Positions 25,490-39,262 of a stretch of DNA of 64,000 nucleotides are shown piece after piece. Numbering within the stretch: the stretch's first letter is position 1; every line of letters begins with the position of its first letter. The notes under the pieces were generated by a model. The model searched no databases and was not told the origin of the DNA. It saw only the letters and a program-made list of their open reading frames with translations. Source of the stretch: Eledone cirrhosa (taxonomy: Eukaryota); assembly GCA_964016885.1 (NCBI GenBank), contig OZ024746.1, forward strand, positions 36,394,001 through 36,458,000, in the 5' to 3' direction. A program made the position numbers and the translations under genes.

Positions 25490-27030
25490 TATAATCCTTG
25501 AAAGGTTTATTATACTATGATCATTTCAATGACCGGGTACAGTATGAATCCGGTGACATCATTAGGTATTCAAAATATAACAAAGGAATATAACAGATAA
25601 AATCCATGGGCTGAAAATCAGAGACAAGAGGACGATCGACCATATAACAGCTTCTACCTCGGTCGGCCGCCCTCAACTGTTGATTATTAAGTCTACCTAT
25701 GACAATCTAGTGAGGGGGATGCAAGCTTATAATGTGCTACTCCCTGCCCGTCAAAGAGAAATGTCAGCGTTGAGGTCATGCTTCAAACAAGCTGATCATG
25801 CGTACTAGAAAGTGCCGCGAAAAATGTTTTTTCAAAGAACATATATCTTCAACAAAGACATATATAGTCGGCGTCTGTCTGGTACAATGTGTGGAGAGAA
25901 ATTTCAGTTAACAATTAGAAAGGTTAAACTTATGTTTAGAGTTATAGGATGAAATTAGAAAAATAAGGTTTAATGTTTGGGTTGTGAAATTTAGTTAAAG
26001 GATTTACAAGAGGAGGGTTTTATGAAAAAGATTATAGATAGTTACGATATATTTTCAGGGTAGGATATAGAGTAAAGATTAAGCCCCAGCTTAGCGGTCA
26101 ATAACCAGCGGCGACTGCAGACCGCCGGAAACCCCCCCCCCCCCCCCACACACACACCCACACACACCCACACCCTAACTAGGTGCCAGTAACTCCACCC
26201 CCCTAACTAAGCGCCAGCCGTTCCGAGCAATATCGTCTAGCGAAAGAAATGGAAATTCATTTATCCGAGCACTCCAGGAATGTAACTGTCTTAGGCGACG
26301 GGTGTGTTGGCGGTAGGTCCGCCACCGCCGGCTGGCCATCGTATATATCAAACGATTATTAGTAATTCACACAGGAAGGGGATTTAGTTAAGTGGTAGCT
26401 GAAGGAGGCATGATAGAGCTAATAGTTATAATTAAGCCTAGAATTTCAAGGTATTATTTGGCCGTCAAAGCCGGCGGCACGGTGGGTGCCAGTCTGACAG
26501 GGCCCCAGGGTGAAGCAGCCGTACCGTGTTATTTAGTTTAACGAAAGAAGGGGAAATTAATTGTTCCAAGCACTCAAGGAAGGCTGATCTACCCGAGCGC
26601 CTGGCGTGCAGTCGGCAAAGCCGCCACTTCTGTCGGATCATTGCGTGTTCCCAAACGATTATTATTTATTCACATCCATTGATGTGAGGTGAAATCCGCA
26701 AATAGACTATACTTAGGCCCCATTTAGTCCGGGTTATATGTAGTGTGGTTCTTAGGTGAGTAGGGGGAGTGCCTAAAGATAAACATATATAAGGGTACGG
26801 AGAGTAATATTCTAGGGTCGTGTGCTAATGAGCACAATGATAGGTATATAATGAAAGTAACGCGAGTAAATAAATACATAAATAAAAGGAATAATAAGCA
26901 AAATACATAAATAAAAATACATAAATAACATGCAGTCATAACTAGGGTGGTGATGCATAGAGTAAAACGGAAATATATAAGAACATATCGAAGAAATCAA
27001 AACACACACACACACACACATACACAACAC
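25490..27030 (-). mobile_element. Non-coding 3' portion of a further PLE-like element (family E), copy at ~43640-45180
   Basis: Ends at (TA)n ~20 nt after a hammerhead motif (25512-25569); internal diverged ~300-bp-period repeat; no ORF. Confidence 0.5.
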
Positions 27031-27049
27031 ACACATATATATATATATA

Positions 27050-27522
27050 TATATGAATGTATATATAGTGTATTTTGCAATACACTTTATGCTTAATTAA
27101 AAACATTTTGAAGCCGGTATGCTATTGTTTTAGAGTAGTAACATACTCACTTATTTTAATTTCAGCAAACAGGGGGAGATAAAGCTGGCAAGGCCTTGTT
27201 TCTGCATGTATTGATGCTTATCAAAGCCAACTACTCCTCCCGTCCGCTGAAAGACCGGCAACTGCTGTGTATAATCAGTTCCTGATTATTTATTAGAATG
27301 TTATAAGAACATAACATCCGTAATTGCAGCGGACGGGAGGAGTAGTTGGCTTTGATAAGCATCAATAAATGCAGAAACAAGGCCTTGTCAGCTTTATCTC
27401 CCCCTGTTTGCTGAAATTAAAGTGAGTCTGTCACTACTCTAAAACAATAGCATACCGTCTTCAAAATGCTTTTAATTGAGCATAGAGTGTATTGCAAAAT
27501 GCACTATATATACATTCATATA
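27050..27522. mobile_element. Fold-back element, ~200-bp arms, ~77-bp spacer, hammerhead-like motif in each arm
   Basis: 27050-27249 is the reverse complement of 27327-27522; TA-repeat flanks; copy at ~45197-45669. Confidence 0.9.
27348..27393 (+). ncRNA. Type I hammerhead-like motif with U3-A8 core (family F)
   Basis: ggct-TTGATAA-gcat caataa atgc-a-GAAA-caaggccttg-TC-agct; copy 45495-45540. Confidence 0.6.
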
Positions 27523-27551
27523 TATATGGCTATTTCAGAGCACCAATTCTA

Positions 27552-27665
<114 letters not shown>

Positions 27666-27851
27666 TTATAGTTATATATATATATATAATTATGGAACGT
27701 TGTGTGCGTGTTGTGTTTGTATTTGTGTGTTATTGTTTATGTACATTGTACATCGATTTTTTTTTATGTGCAGGTGCCTATGTTTATATAGAAAGTGAAA
27801 TAGATACTTACATGCGTATATATTTGAATGACCTAGTAAATTGAAATCAGG

Positions 27852-28760
27852 CTAGTTATATATTGGTTTTAATATGTATACAGCCTGTCTTTTAATTTTG
27901 CCTTTTCGGAAACATAACTCTTTGAAATGATTGCGGAACTCTCTGTTCGTAATGTTGTAACATATAAAGTTGACACTGTTATTAGTTAGAGAAAAAATAT
28001 TCAAAATAATCAGTATGTGTAATTTGTAAGTATCGTCTTCACTCTGAATCCTTATTGCAAACATACAAATGAATATAGGAAATGTTGTGAGAAGAAATAA
28101 ACTATTGAGAGCAATCACGATGCGAATAGTATTTCGTGCACGGCTTCAATCTCTGTTTTGGATATTTTGTCGAATGTTTGGTCGTTTAAACACTTTATAA
28201 ATCATTACTATAGAACTAGTAATTATAAGCAACGCTGGTATGAATGCATATATACATGCTGTAGCACGTGCAATATATTGTTTAGTCTTTAGCAAGTAAC
28301 CAATTATTATGTTTGATATAAAAGCACAAATGAGAAGGACTAATGTTACAATATATGGTTTAAATGTACTAAACGTAAAACGGTGAGAAAAGAGACAGTA
28401 AACCGCCAATAAACGTTCCACAGATATAATAACTAGTATCCACGAGGAACACGTAACTGAAATATTACACATTCCATCAAGCACCTCGTTGTCACTATAT
28501 GCCTTTTCCATGCTGAAATTCTGATTACTACACGAAAACCATATATATCTGGTTGTATTTGTCCAAACTACAGATAGATCCACGAGTGCCAGGCATATTA
28601 AATACGGAGCCATTTTAGACTGACGCTTTTGTTTCCTGCAAAATGTCCCAACAACTGCCAAATTAGAGAAAGTTCCAAAATCCAACATCATCATGGAGCC
28701 ATACCGTATAATACTAATTGCAACATTTTTGTTGTAAACAAACAGACTATTGTTGAACAT
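27852..28760 (-). pseudogene. Intronless class A GPCR (GPCR2a) interrupted by one in-frame TGA
   Basis: ORF 28146-28760 (TM1-5: LALVDL, ISVERL, FIPAL) and ORF 27852-28118 (TM6-7: FLLTTFP, NNSVNFICY) are in the same frame, joined by NRD*SRARNTIRIV. Confidence 0.9.
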
Positions 28761-29685
28761 TATTAATATTATTGCTTATTGGTTTTTGTTAATATTACTT
28801 AGTACCAATTTTTTAAACTCATTAATTTCAAATGAAACCTTTGGTTAATTATACTCTCTTTTTTCATATGTCAATCCATTTTGATTTATATATCCTTCGT
28901 GAGTTATGCATGTATATATAACGCAGCAATCGTCCTGAAATGGGTAGAACAGTCAGATATCAGAGGTGCGATAAAGTTAAAAGAAATTGATTTTGCAATT
29001 CTTTTAAATTCAATTTCGTTCGATTTTTCATTTATGGATGGTTTATAAATGATAATGGAATCTTGTCCAAAAATTACTGATTAGGTTTTAAGTTAGGAAT
29101 CAAATAATGACAATTGAAGTTTATTGTAAAATGATGCCATAAAATAGCCATTTGTAATTGCACTCATATATTCTTTGTTACGCATTTTATTTCAGGTGTT
29201 GTATATATTATACATTATAAAACTGCATTATTTAGTCGTGTAATCTATACTTTCATGCTTTTCCAATGATCTTTCTTTGCGGAGATTCTTCTCAGTTTAA
29301 AAATGAATTTTATTTGTCAATCGGCTTCATATTAGATAGATTTTCAATAAGTGTCTAGGTAATTTTGAGAGCGGAGTGATGATATTTCTAATGTAATCTT
29401 CATATTTTATTTCCAAGCATGATAGTGTAACGTGTTCTGCTGTACATCATTAGTATTTCTTGATTTACTGAAGTTTTATGAGTAGAATATTTAATATCAT
29501 ATTTGTAGAGAATTATCAGTATCCGGAAAATACATGGTAGAGAGAACACGTTCCTTGACACTCTATGTAAAATAACTACATACGAGAAAGGAGACAACAT
29601 TGTAAATGTACATTATAAATGTTATTGCTCGACGAAGATGTTTACTGGTATTAACAACTATGTACTATGTACACACAAACATATG

Positions 29686-29821
<136 letters not shown>

Positions 29822-29862
29822 CATATATATATATTATATATATATATATATATATACACATA

Positions 29863-29900
<38 letters not shown>

Positions 29901-29911
29901 ATATATATGTG

Positions 29912-29948
<37 letters not shown>

Positions 29949-30229
29949 TGTGTGTGTGTGTGTGTGTGTTTGTGTGGGCTCGTTTGAGTGTGTGTATGTG
30001 TATGTGTTAGAATGTAGAATATATGATTGATCAGTACTAATATAATTAATTACACTGATAGATATATTGATCTTTGAGAGTATATGTAAGGTGTGGTTGC
30101 CATCAGCAGAAAGTTTATCTCTAAAGGAAATTAATACGCATACATACGTTGATTTTAGGATTATATCAGAAATAAATATGGTCATTAAACACATGTTAGA
30201 TTATTATTTTATTTCAGGATATGTGGAAC

Positions 30230-31100
30230 TCCCGGATTCTTGAATAAGTATCTGACCTCCTGTCCAGGGATGATGTGAGGGTGATGTTTGAGTTGAAAAA
30301 TTATTCAGCAATATACAAGAATGGCAGATATCTAGGTTTCAATGGAATGACACCGAAGAGTACGTGCAAGCACTGCAATCACTATCGTCACCTGCAGTTG
30401 GGAATATTCTAAATTAGTATGTTATGCAATATTAAGAGAATGCTCACCAACATCTGGAAACATTTGACCTGTAATAGAATACATCACCCCCAAACATGTG
30501 AATCGCCACTATCTCACTAGAGAAAATGGAGATAGATGAAGGATCCACATAGATCTTTCATACAGGATTCAATCAGTATCTTAAGACTTAAGATGACTGG
30601 AGGATGAAAATGGTCGCAGTTCACGAAATGATGAAGGAATTACATTCAGACAACAAAAGAAACTGTGTGGAGTAACTTCGAATAGAGTATGAAAATAATA
30701 ATTGCAAAAAAAAAGCCACAAAGGAAAAACATAAAGGCCAACAGAAACTGTACACTAGATGAGAACAGAAACCACTGAATGATCAATAGTTTCTCCGTAG
30801 CAAAAACCTGATGGAAATCCAGCTCCCACTGATCTGTAGCTGGGGAGTTCTGGACTAAAAGCACAGTTAATGCTTCATTTTAGCTGCACAAACCAGTGTC
30901 TCATCACGCGCAAATTTCAAGCCGACGTGATCAGAAATGGAATTGACCAACAGTGTTGATTCTTTGATGATAATGCTGAGTTGATTAGCCACCAGGTTTC
31001 AGGTTGCAATGTCTTATCTGTCCAGGAATATAAAACGATAAATGATAGAGTGGGCCCTATTTACTATGGTAATGTTTACGAATTATGGCCAGCTTTGCCA
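30230..31100 (+). mobile_element. Degenerate R4/Dong-like LINE fragment (thumb to CCHC region); copy ~59595-60540
   Basis: Fragments FILAAQ, RNFQADVIRNGID..C, SHQVSGCNVLSVQEYKTINDRVG. Confidence 0.65.
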
Positions 31101-31961
31101 TATTCAAATAACCAACACATAATTAACGCTCTAAATGTCTGAATACTATAAATGTAATCTGAGTTTTTCCATTCTAAATAAGCTTTTAAGCCATGTCAGT
31201 AGAATCAGCCCCTCATTATTGCTCTTGTGTTGACATTATAAACAGAACTGCAGACACTAATGTTTCTGGCCTATTAGCCTACATCAGTGCAGTTTACTGC
31301 TCACATGACAACTGTCCGGTGCTTTGAAGGATGGCCTTGAAAAAAAAGCAGATTAAGTAAATATTTTGCACATCCCACAGATTAACTTGTTTCTAGTGGC
31401 AATGACTTTGTTGGATCATTCACCCATTTTGGTTCTGCCGATAGTAAAATTTGGTGCAAACATGAGCCAGCACTGTTGTACAGAAGACCTGTCTTTCTAT
31501 TAATAGAGTTCTAACTCTTGAATTGAGCTATTGACTGCCAGGCATTACCCCAGTATTTTAGGTGCAAGTACACACTGACAAATAAAACTATGTATCCACA
31601 TATACATTACATTTTTTTCCAGTTTTACACAAACACACACACTATATATGTATATTGAATGAAAACAGTTTAAAGACAAAACATTAAAATGTCTAAAGAT
31701 GAAACAAGAAATAACATTTAAATAAATAAAAGGCATATATTGAAATACAGACGGATGTACACAAATTATGAGGGCGGTTGACTCTCTCATTAGCTAATCC
31801 GCCGTTTTTTTAAATGATTCATCATGTTGCCTGTTCAAACATCACCCTCTTCTCCAAGCAATCTGTGTGATGTTGCCAGTTTAGTCACCGACGAACCGAC
31901 AATGTGGCTGGTTATAGTAGTTTTCATGTTACCAGTAGCACGTTAGAGTGACCTGTCATAA

Positions 31962-32006
<45 letters not shown>

Positions 32007-32161
32007 ATACTTTGGGAGGGTCATGTTGCCAATAAGAAACACACGCACCAGTTGCTTTCACTTTAATTTATTATAATAAATGTATAAATTTAGGAATTTA
32101 TAAATTTATAAATTTCTGGTTGGTGGGTTGGTTCCACAACTAGATAGTTGTTTATATATTG

Positions 32162-33151
32162 TCAAAGGTCTTTCCTCACATATTCTGTGACCTCTTCAGT
32201 GACTGGAGATTCTTTTCTTTGTTTTTGTGCCTCTCCTTTGTTCTGTCCTACGCCATTTTGGTTTTCAAAACAAAATGGCTTCCGTTTCTTCTTTCGTACA
32301 CAAATGGATTTCACATTCTCGCGGAAATGTTTACTCACTATGAAATACAAAATAAAATTAATACTGTTATTAATAAGAGCTAGTGTGCTCAACATAACAG
32401 TAAGTACATCAAGATTGGCATCGTCTTCAAATGTAATTTTAAATGTATATATTGTCACAGGGAATGTTGTTAGCAGAAAGACAACATTTATAGTTATTAC
32501 AAGGTAAATTGTTTTACGGGTTTCTTTCTCAATATTGGGCTGAAAATGTTCCCCTAGATTTGGTCGGTTATGCAATTTATATATCATAATGATAGAGCTC
32601 GTAATTAAAAAGATTGCTGGTATGAATGAATACATAATAACTATAACCAGGAATACCTTATTTGTACGTTCTATTTTGTAACCTATTATGTTGCATACTA
32701 TAATATCACAAAGAAAAATAATGCACAATATTATGTATGGAATATATTTTTTTCGACGATAACGTTGCGAAAATGGACAAAATACTACCCAGAGTCTTTC
32801 TAAAGAAATAGCGACAGTTATCCATGAGGAATATGTAGGAAGTATTACAGTGAGCATGTTATAGAATCGACATTTTAGAAAAGGAACTTCTATTTGATAA
32901 GCAAACGCTAGAAATTGTGTACAATTCATCCATATTGTAATTAAATCTGTAAAAAGAAGACATAGAAGATATGGTGCGATATTGGTCTGACGCATTGGTT
33001 TCAGACAAAATGTTAAAATGGTTATTAAATTTCCGATAGTACCAAAACATATTTCAATTATGCAACCATACCGTATACAATTTATCATCAGATTATTTGT
33101 CTGATTTAATATCTGACTTCCATTGTCCATTGTATTGTAGCTATCCATCAT
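32162..33151 (-). CDS. Intact intronless class A GPCR (GPCR3a), ~329 aa, FMRFamide-receptor-like / candidate chemoreceptor
   Basis: Seven hydrophobic segments; GTIGNL, YLLCLLFTD, ISLERL, FIPAIF, FLLTTFP, NNSINFILY-SKHFR; N-terminal NGS/NQT sequons; first ATG at 33151. Confidence 0.93.
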   Translation of the reverse strand: MMDSYNTMDNGSQILNQTNNLMINCIRYGCIIEICFGTIGNLITILTFCLKPMRQTNIAPYLLCLLFTDLITIWMNCTQFLAFAYQIEVPFLKCRFYNMLTVILPTYSSWITVAISLERLWVVFCPFSQRYRRKKYIPYIILCIIFLCDIIVCNIIGYKIERTNKVFLVIVIMYSFIPAIFLITSSIIMIYKLHNRPNLGEHFQPNIEKETRKTIYLVITINVVFLLTTFPVTIYTFKITFEDDANLDVLTVMLSTLALINNSINFILYFIVSKHFRENVKSICVRKKKRKPFCFENQNGVGQNKGEAQKQRKESPVTEEVTEYVRKDL

Positions 33152-33935
33152 GAGATATGTCAAAAAATCCTTTGCAAAATATCAAATTAGTAAATATGCG
33201 CACAGCTAATATGAATCAATGTTGTATTTCAGCATGATAATTCTGGATTGAAAATTATTGGATTGAAATTGAACGTGATGATATGTTAAAATTATCTGTT
33301 TGTAAATATTGTTAAGATGCTTACCATAATATAATGTGCAAATCACAATTTATTTCAGTCTTTCGTAAACATTACTACTTCGACAAAACGAACTCTTCTC
33401 AGAGACGAAACGTATCACTTTGTGTTTGACGTAACTTTCAATATTCTGAGTTAAGGTTTATGTATATATCAGAAGAAAATGAAATCCAAAAATCTGTATT
33501 TACCCCAACCGTATATATGACTCGGGCTGCTACATATAATAACGATATTTACTGAAAGAGCTATGCAAATTATTTCTGTAAAAGTCATTATCGATGTTGT
33601 CATGCAAGTAAATTGTTAATCAATAGATATTAATGAAAAATATCACTGGATTGGTGGAATACATTTCTATCATATTACACGAAACCACGGTTACTATTAT
33701 AACCGTTATACTTTGTACATTTAAGATATTTCCCGTACACATGGTCATGAACGCATCAAATGAAATTCCGGATGAATTCTGAAATTGTTAGACTATTTTT
33801 CTTAAATAATATGCGTTGACATTCGTGCTAACATTTAAAAGCCGGATCAGTGGCAGAAGACCAAATTAACACAACAGAATAAAAACAAAGACAATGAATT
33901 ACAGAAATATTACCGAAACACGCGTCCCAGTAGAT

Positions 33936-34400
33936 CAGCGGTCGCCAGCCTTTCTAAAACCGAGGAACCCTCTAAATATTTTGAATTCTTCACGGAACGT
34001 ATACAAAACAAAACTTTTCAAAAAAAATAATAAAGTATTTATTTATTTTAGTGTTTCATGCGCCTGTATGTAATCGAACACGATGGCTTTTCTGCTGCTG
34101 CGCCATATCAGTGTGTTTAGAAAATCGAGGTTCAACACTAGTTAATGCCAGTCTCATACACTCGTCAATTGCTGACAGTTTATTCCTCTTCTACTGAGTA
34201 GATAACAATATCCATAAACAAGGCCTCATAAATCTTATAAATATTTACTAGTATCCATCATACTTTTGCCGCACGTTTAGGTAAATGTTTAGTTTCAAAC
34301 ATGTAGTTGAAATAAAATGCCTTAATTTCATGACCATTGTGTAACATTATTATTTCCACGTAAAAGATGATACCTTGACACACAAAGCTTGACTTGTTAA
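33936..34400 (-). mobile_element. hAT (Charlie/Buster-like) 3' remnant; copy ~49680-50144
   Basis: Terminus cagcggtcgccagccttt; minus frame KRNKLSAIDECMRLALTSVEPRFSKH...QKSH resembles hAT C-terminal dimerisation region. Confidence 0.7.
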
Positions 34401-34868
34401 ATTCTAAGATTGACTTATATAGGTGATCAATGGGAACATTGCATATTTTTGGACCGAATATTACATGAGATCAAATATTCGAATTTTATATGAGAGCAAC
34501 TACTAATGAAGTATATACTGTATATATAAAGATAGGGGACGGGTAGATGAGGTGAAAGAGACATACAGACAGAGATAATTGATTAGTTAAAAAGCATTGG
34601 GAGCATTTGAATCGGGCGTGTCTCGACACAAATGACTATGATAATATCTAAGAACACAGGTTAAACAGTAGTTAACAAAAGATATTTAATATATATGAAT
34701 AAAACGGACGAACATTTCATTGTATTTACACATGCGCGCCCACCTACCTATGTATATACGCGTTAAACTAATATACTCTTTCGTGTACTGTGCCGTATGT
34801 TTAGTAATTATGTTTACATTTTACACATATACACCCCCCCCCCCACACCCATATATATATATATATAA

Positions 34869-34917
<49 letters not shown>

Positions 34918-35220
34918 GAAATTACATGAATCAAAGTTCAGTTTAAATCATTTATATGCTTACAATTGTTTCCTCCAAACCGAGGTTTGTATTCTTCGGA
35001 GCAACTATTTAGTGATTTTTCACATACTTGACCTCCTATTTAGAGTTTAAATATATATAACCATAAAGTGGTTTTATTATATACATAACCATAAATAGTA
35101 TCCTTAATACTATATATATATATATATATATATATAGGAGGTGAGTTTTATTGTAGTACAGTAAAGCAATGCAGATATCGCATAAGTAGCACTCTACAGT
35201 TTGTAGGACTGGAGTATACA

Positions 35221-35442
35221 TAATATATAGGATCAAAAGATGGGTAAATTAGTTCCATGTATTTTATTATGCGCATCTCAAAAGGTTGATTTAAAACTGC
35301 AGTATCCACAAGTGTTTTTTAACCTTCATACCATGTCCTCCTACTTTATCTGATGAAAACACAAATGTTATTGCATGATGATATTTGTTTTTAAAATGCG
35401 CATAATAAAATACATGGTACTAATTTAACCATCTGTTGATCT

Positions 35443-35451
<9 letters not shown>
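35221..35451. mobile_element. Small fold-back element with degenerate hammerhead (family G); copy ~50987-51217
   Basis: ~55-bp inverted arms; tttat-CTGATGA-helix II-aAAA-tgcgca-TA-ataaa at 35345-35409. Confidence 0.7.
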
Positions 35452-35533
<82 letters not shown>

Positions 35534-35894
35534 TGAGAAAGCAGTGCAGAGGTTATCAACTTAAGAAAATGCAATAAATACATATAAGTTAATCAGTCGT
35601 ATGCAATGTACACAGATGAATACTCATAAGTGTTAATTGATAAAAGCAGGCCCTGTTAGTGAGAGTAATTGTAAACATGCACACCTAATATTTTATTAGG
35701 TGTGTTCATTCAAAGTGTTTGATGGATAAAGGAAATGCGTGATTCGGAAATATTTCCTGTTGTAACTCACTCAACTTGTTTAACTATTACTTATGGGTGT
35801 CTGCATTATGCTGAACATGTTAATAAATGTATACAGGGGCCAGTCGTCTAAGAAGCAATACCACGCGTTCGGCCGAACCCCTGTATATATATAT

Positions 35895-35955
<61 letters not shown>

Positions 35956-36165
35956 AAAACGTATGAACCCGACCGCATAGCTCAAGCCGTTTCGACGGCT
36001 ATTTCTGGACTACTATTTAGTATTTGGACAACTATTAAGTATGCATCTGTGTATATATATGTTACTAGATATACTAATTCTGTATATATATATATATATT
36101 TATAACAAAGGAATTGCGGTAAGGAGCCAGATGGATAAAATATATATATATATATATATATATAT

Positions 36166-39120
36166 AAGAATGAGTAGGACCCCGACTGCTGAGCTCAACC
36201 CGTTTCGACGGCTAATTCTGGACTCAATGAACATTTTTATCCTTGTACATGAATAGCCGAGCTTCTCAGGGGGTAATTCCATGTATGGTAAAAGTTGTTG
36301 TCACAAGGATTGGTCAATAGTTTGTTGTTGAGACAATGATTCTATCATGGCATTTTGTGGAAGGAAGGGATAGCTGAACTTGCCAGTGGAAAAAAGAGGG
36401 AGATGGAGTGGAGGAAACTCAGTCGTTCGTTGATAGTGCCAACTACAGAAGAATCCTAAGGATAAGAGGTCAAGAGAAGTATACTAGGGAGGGGGGGGGG
36501 AGTCAATACAATAAGTAAATCAATATGGAGTAAATATATAGAAGAATAATAAGAATGTTAAAAATATAAAAAAAACAATTTCTGATTACTATTCCCCTAC
36601 CACAATCACCAAGTCTCTCATTGGTACTGCTAAACCATAGAAAAATGTAATAGGTGGGACGGAATACTAAATACGAGATTGTAGTGAAATAATTTTATGA
36701 GTTAGTAGTAATCATCCAAATCTATCTTACAGTGACAGATCAACAAGTTGGGGGGCCAAAATACTAAAGAAACTACTCCGAAATAATAATTCAGAGTCCC
36801 GAAACTAATACGAAATAATAATTCAGAATCCCGAAAAAGAATACAAATGCGATACATAAGAGTACAGCTACGATACATACATTCTAATACAAACTACATA
36901 AATGCTCGTACGATATATATGAAAAAATTAATACGAAAAATTAATTCAGAATCCCCCCCCACACACACACACACCAAAAAAAAAAAAAGTACTGATATAC
37001 GAGAAACTAAAGCAGAGATGCCACTAAGAAATCTAGACAACACGGAAATGGGCCAGCAATCGGATAAGAAAGCAAGTATCTGGGGTCTATCACATCTGCT
37101 ATAAAAAGCGGAGTCGGCCAATTCTATCATAGAATAGAGGATGGGGTGGGGGTACTGAGGCTACAAAGGACCGAAGGGCTGCCCCGGGGTGGGCGAGAAA
37201 GTGAAAAGTACAACGACAAAGAGGGAGAACTGGGATGGAAGGACTAGGAAGGGATGGGGGGAAGAAGGAAATATAGAGGAAACGCTAAAAACTATATAAG
37301 AAAATCTTACGTCTACATTTGCAAGCAGGGGTTACTCATTACGAAGTCGGCAAATGGGTTGTTACAGCCCTTGTATACCCCCCCCCCCGGATCATTATGG
37401 GGTTTGAGGGCGAGGTAAGTTCTACGCAATCTGTGCATGCAGTTACCAGTTTGTCTTTCTTGTTTAGGAGTTGTTCTGTCGAAAACAGCATTTGTAATGT
37501 TTCCTCCGAGCATAAATTACACGGACGGCGGCCTCGCGTGTAAGAGTTTGCTCTGGACAGGTAGCACCAAGTGAGATCATAGGTTATATTGTTATCTTTG
37601 AAGTTCCAGATGTGGCCCGAAAGTGTGGTGGGGTGACGCCGGGCCGGCTTTCGGAAAGTATGTCTATGTTGGTATAGCCAGGTCTTGAAATCACAAGCGG
37701 TTAATCCTATATAAGCTTTTGATGGAGGTGTCCGTCCTCACGTTGCACTGGTAGATCACATTACGATCTCTGCATCTGATGTCGAGGGGTCAAATGGATC
37801 CATCAGGGCAGTTGCACCTCCTGGTCGGCTTTCCACTGCTATTTAGGTTATTTCTTACATAGGGGTTGAGTTTTTTGTTGTTAGCGGAGACGATGCTTTG
37901 TGTAAAGTTAGGTGTGGGGCTGTAGGAGAGTTTGATCGTATTTTTGTTGATTATGTTGTGGTAGCGGTGTTTTAGTGGGAAGTGTTTTTCGATGAGCATA
38001 AAGATGATTTTCCCGATAGGTGTTGTCGCCTCGGCGTTGTGGGGAGGATTGAACCACTTTACGTTGCTTGAGCGGCGGCATCGCCTGCTGGTCCCGCTAA
38101 TGGAAGCTGGACAGTAGGATATTTCCTCCCGGAAGCCACTCCGCTTAAGGGCCTGTTTGTAATAAGGCGCATGTTCCTCGAATATCTGCTCATTAGCAGA
38201 AAAAACTAGATATGCGGAGGGAGGTGTTTTTAACCAGGTTATTGGTGACGCTTCTAGGGGGTTTGACCGGCGGTGGATGAGGTGCAGGTTGTCATTGGGT
38301 TTCCTGTATGGGTAGTAAAGTCATTACCGAGGTCAAGGGTAACGTCCAGGAAGTTTACTCGGGTTAGGGACGTGTGTAGGGTTAATTTAAATCCCCAGTC
38401 GCGGAAGAAGCTGATTAACTGTTTACGGACCCGGTCTGTACTACTGGGGTTGTACCTTTAAGGGTAAGGAACCCATCATCACGGTACAATCCAGCGCCGA
38501 ATGCAGGAAACATATCGGTGAGTTTAACTAGTAGGAATAATCCAATAAGATATGTGACCTCAGCCGAATCCGTCGCGCCCATACTGGCGTCGAAGGGGGA
38601 GTCGGAAGCTTTCTATATCGATTTGAAGTTGTCAAAAAGTAGGACTATCTTCCTGGCGTGGAGGATGATATTTCTTTCCTGGTCGGTAATGGGCGCAAGT
38701 GTCTCGGCAAAGTCCAAGGCGGCCGGAAGGAGCGGTTAGGTAATTGAAGCATAGTAACTCTGTATGTCAAACTGGATGAATTTTGTCTCTCGTTTGTCCT
38801 CCATATTGCTGAACCATGAGCAAGTTCAGCTACCCCTTCCTTCCACAAAATGCCATGATAGAATTATGTGTCTCAACAACAAACCTTTGACCAATCCTTG
38901 TGACAATCACTTTTACCATATATGGAAATACCCCCTGAGAAGCTCGGCTATTCATGTACCAGGATACACATTTTCATTTAGTCCAGAATTACCCGTCGAA
39001 ACGGCTTGAGTTCAGCCGTCGGGGTCTTACTCGTTCCTATTACCCACTCTACTACCCTACATATTGAGTACGTTGGTGCGTTATGGTCCATCTGGTTCCT
39101 TACCACATTTCCTTCGTTAT
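36166..39120 (-). mobile_element. Penelope-like element family 1, copy 2 (duplicated with unit)
   Basis: Collinear with 17971-20930, same truncation junction. Confidence 0.92.
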
Positions 39121-39155
39121 ATATATGTATATATATATGTATATATGTATATGTA

Positions 39156-39262
<107 letters not shown>

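Noticed and set aside
32148-32507. Plus-strand ORFs overlapping GPCR3
   Set aside because: Antisense shadows of the real minus-strand CDS
35830-35888. Tiny inverted repeat tatacagggg...cccctgtata with internal palindrome gttcggccgaac
   Set aside because: 10-bp arms partly made of TA flank; weaker in unit 1; cannot support a MITE call
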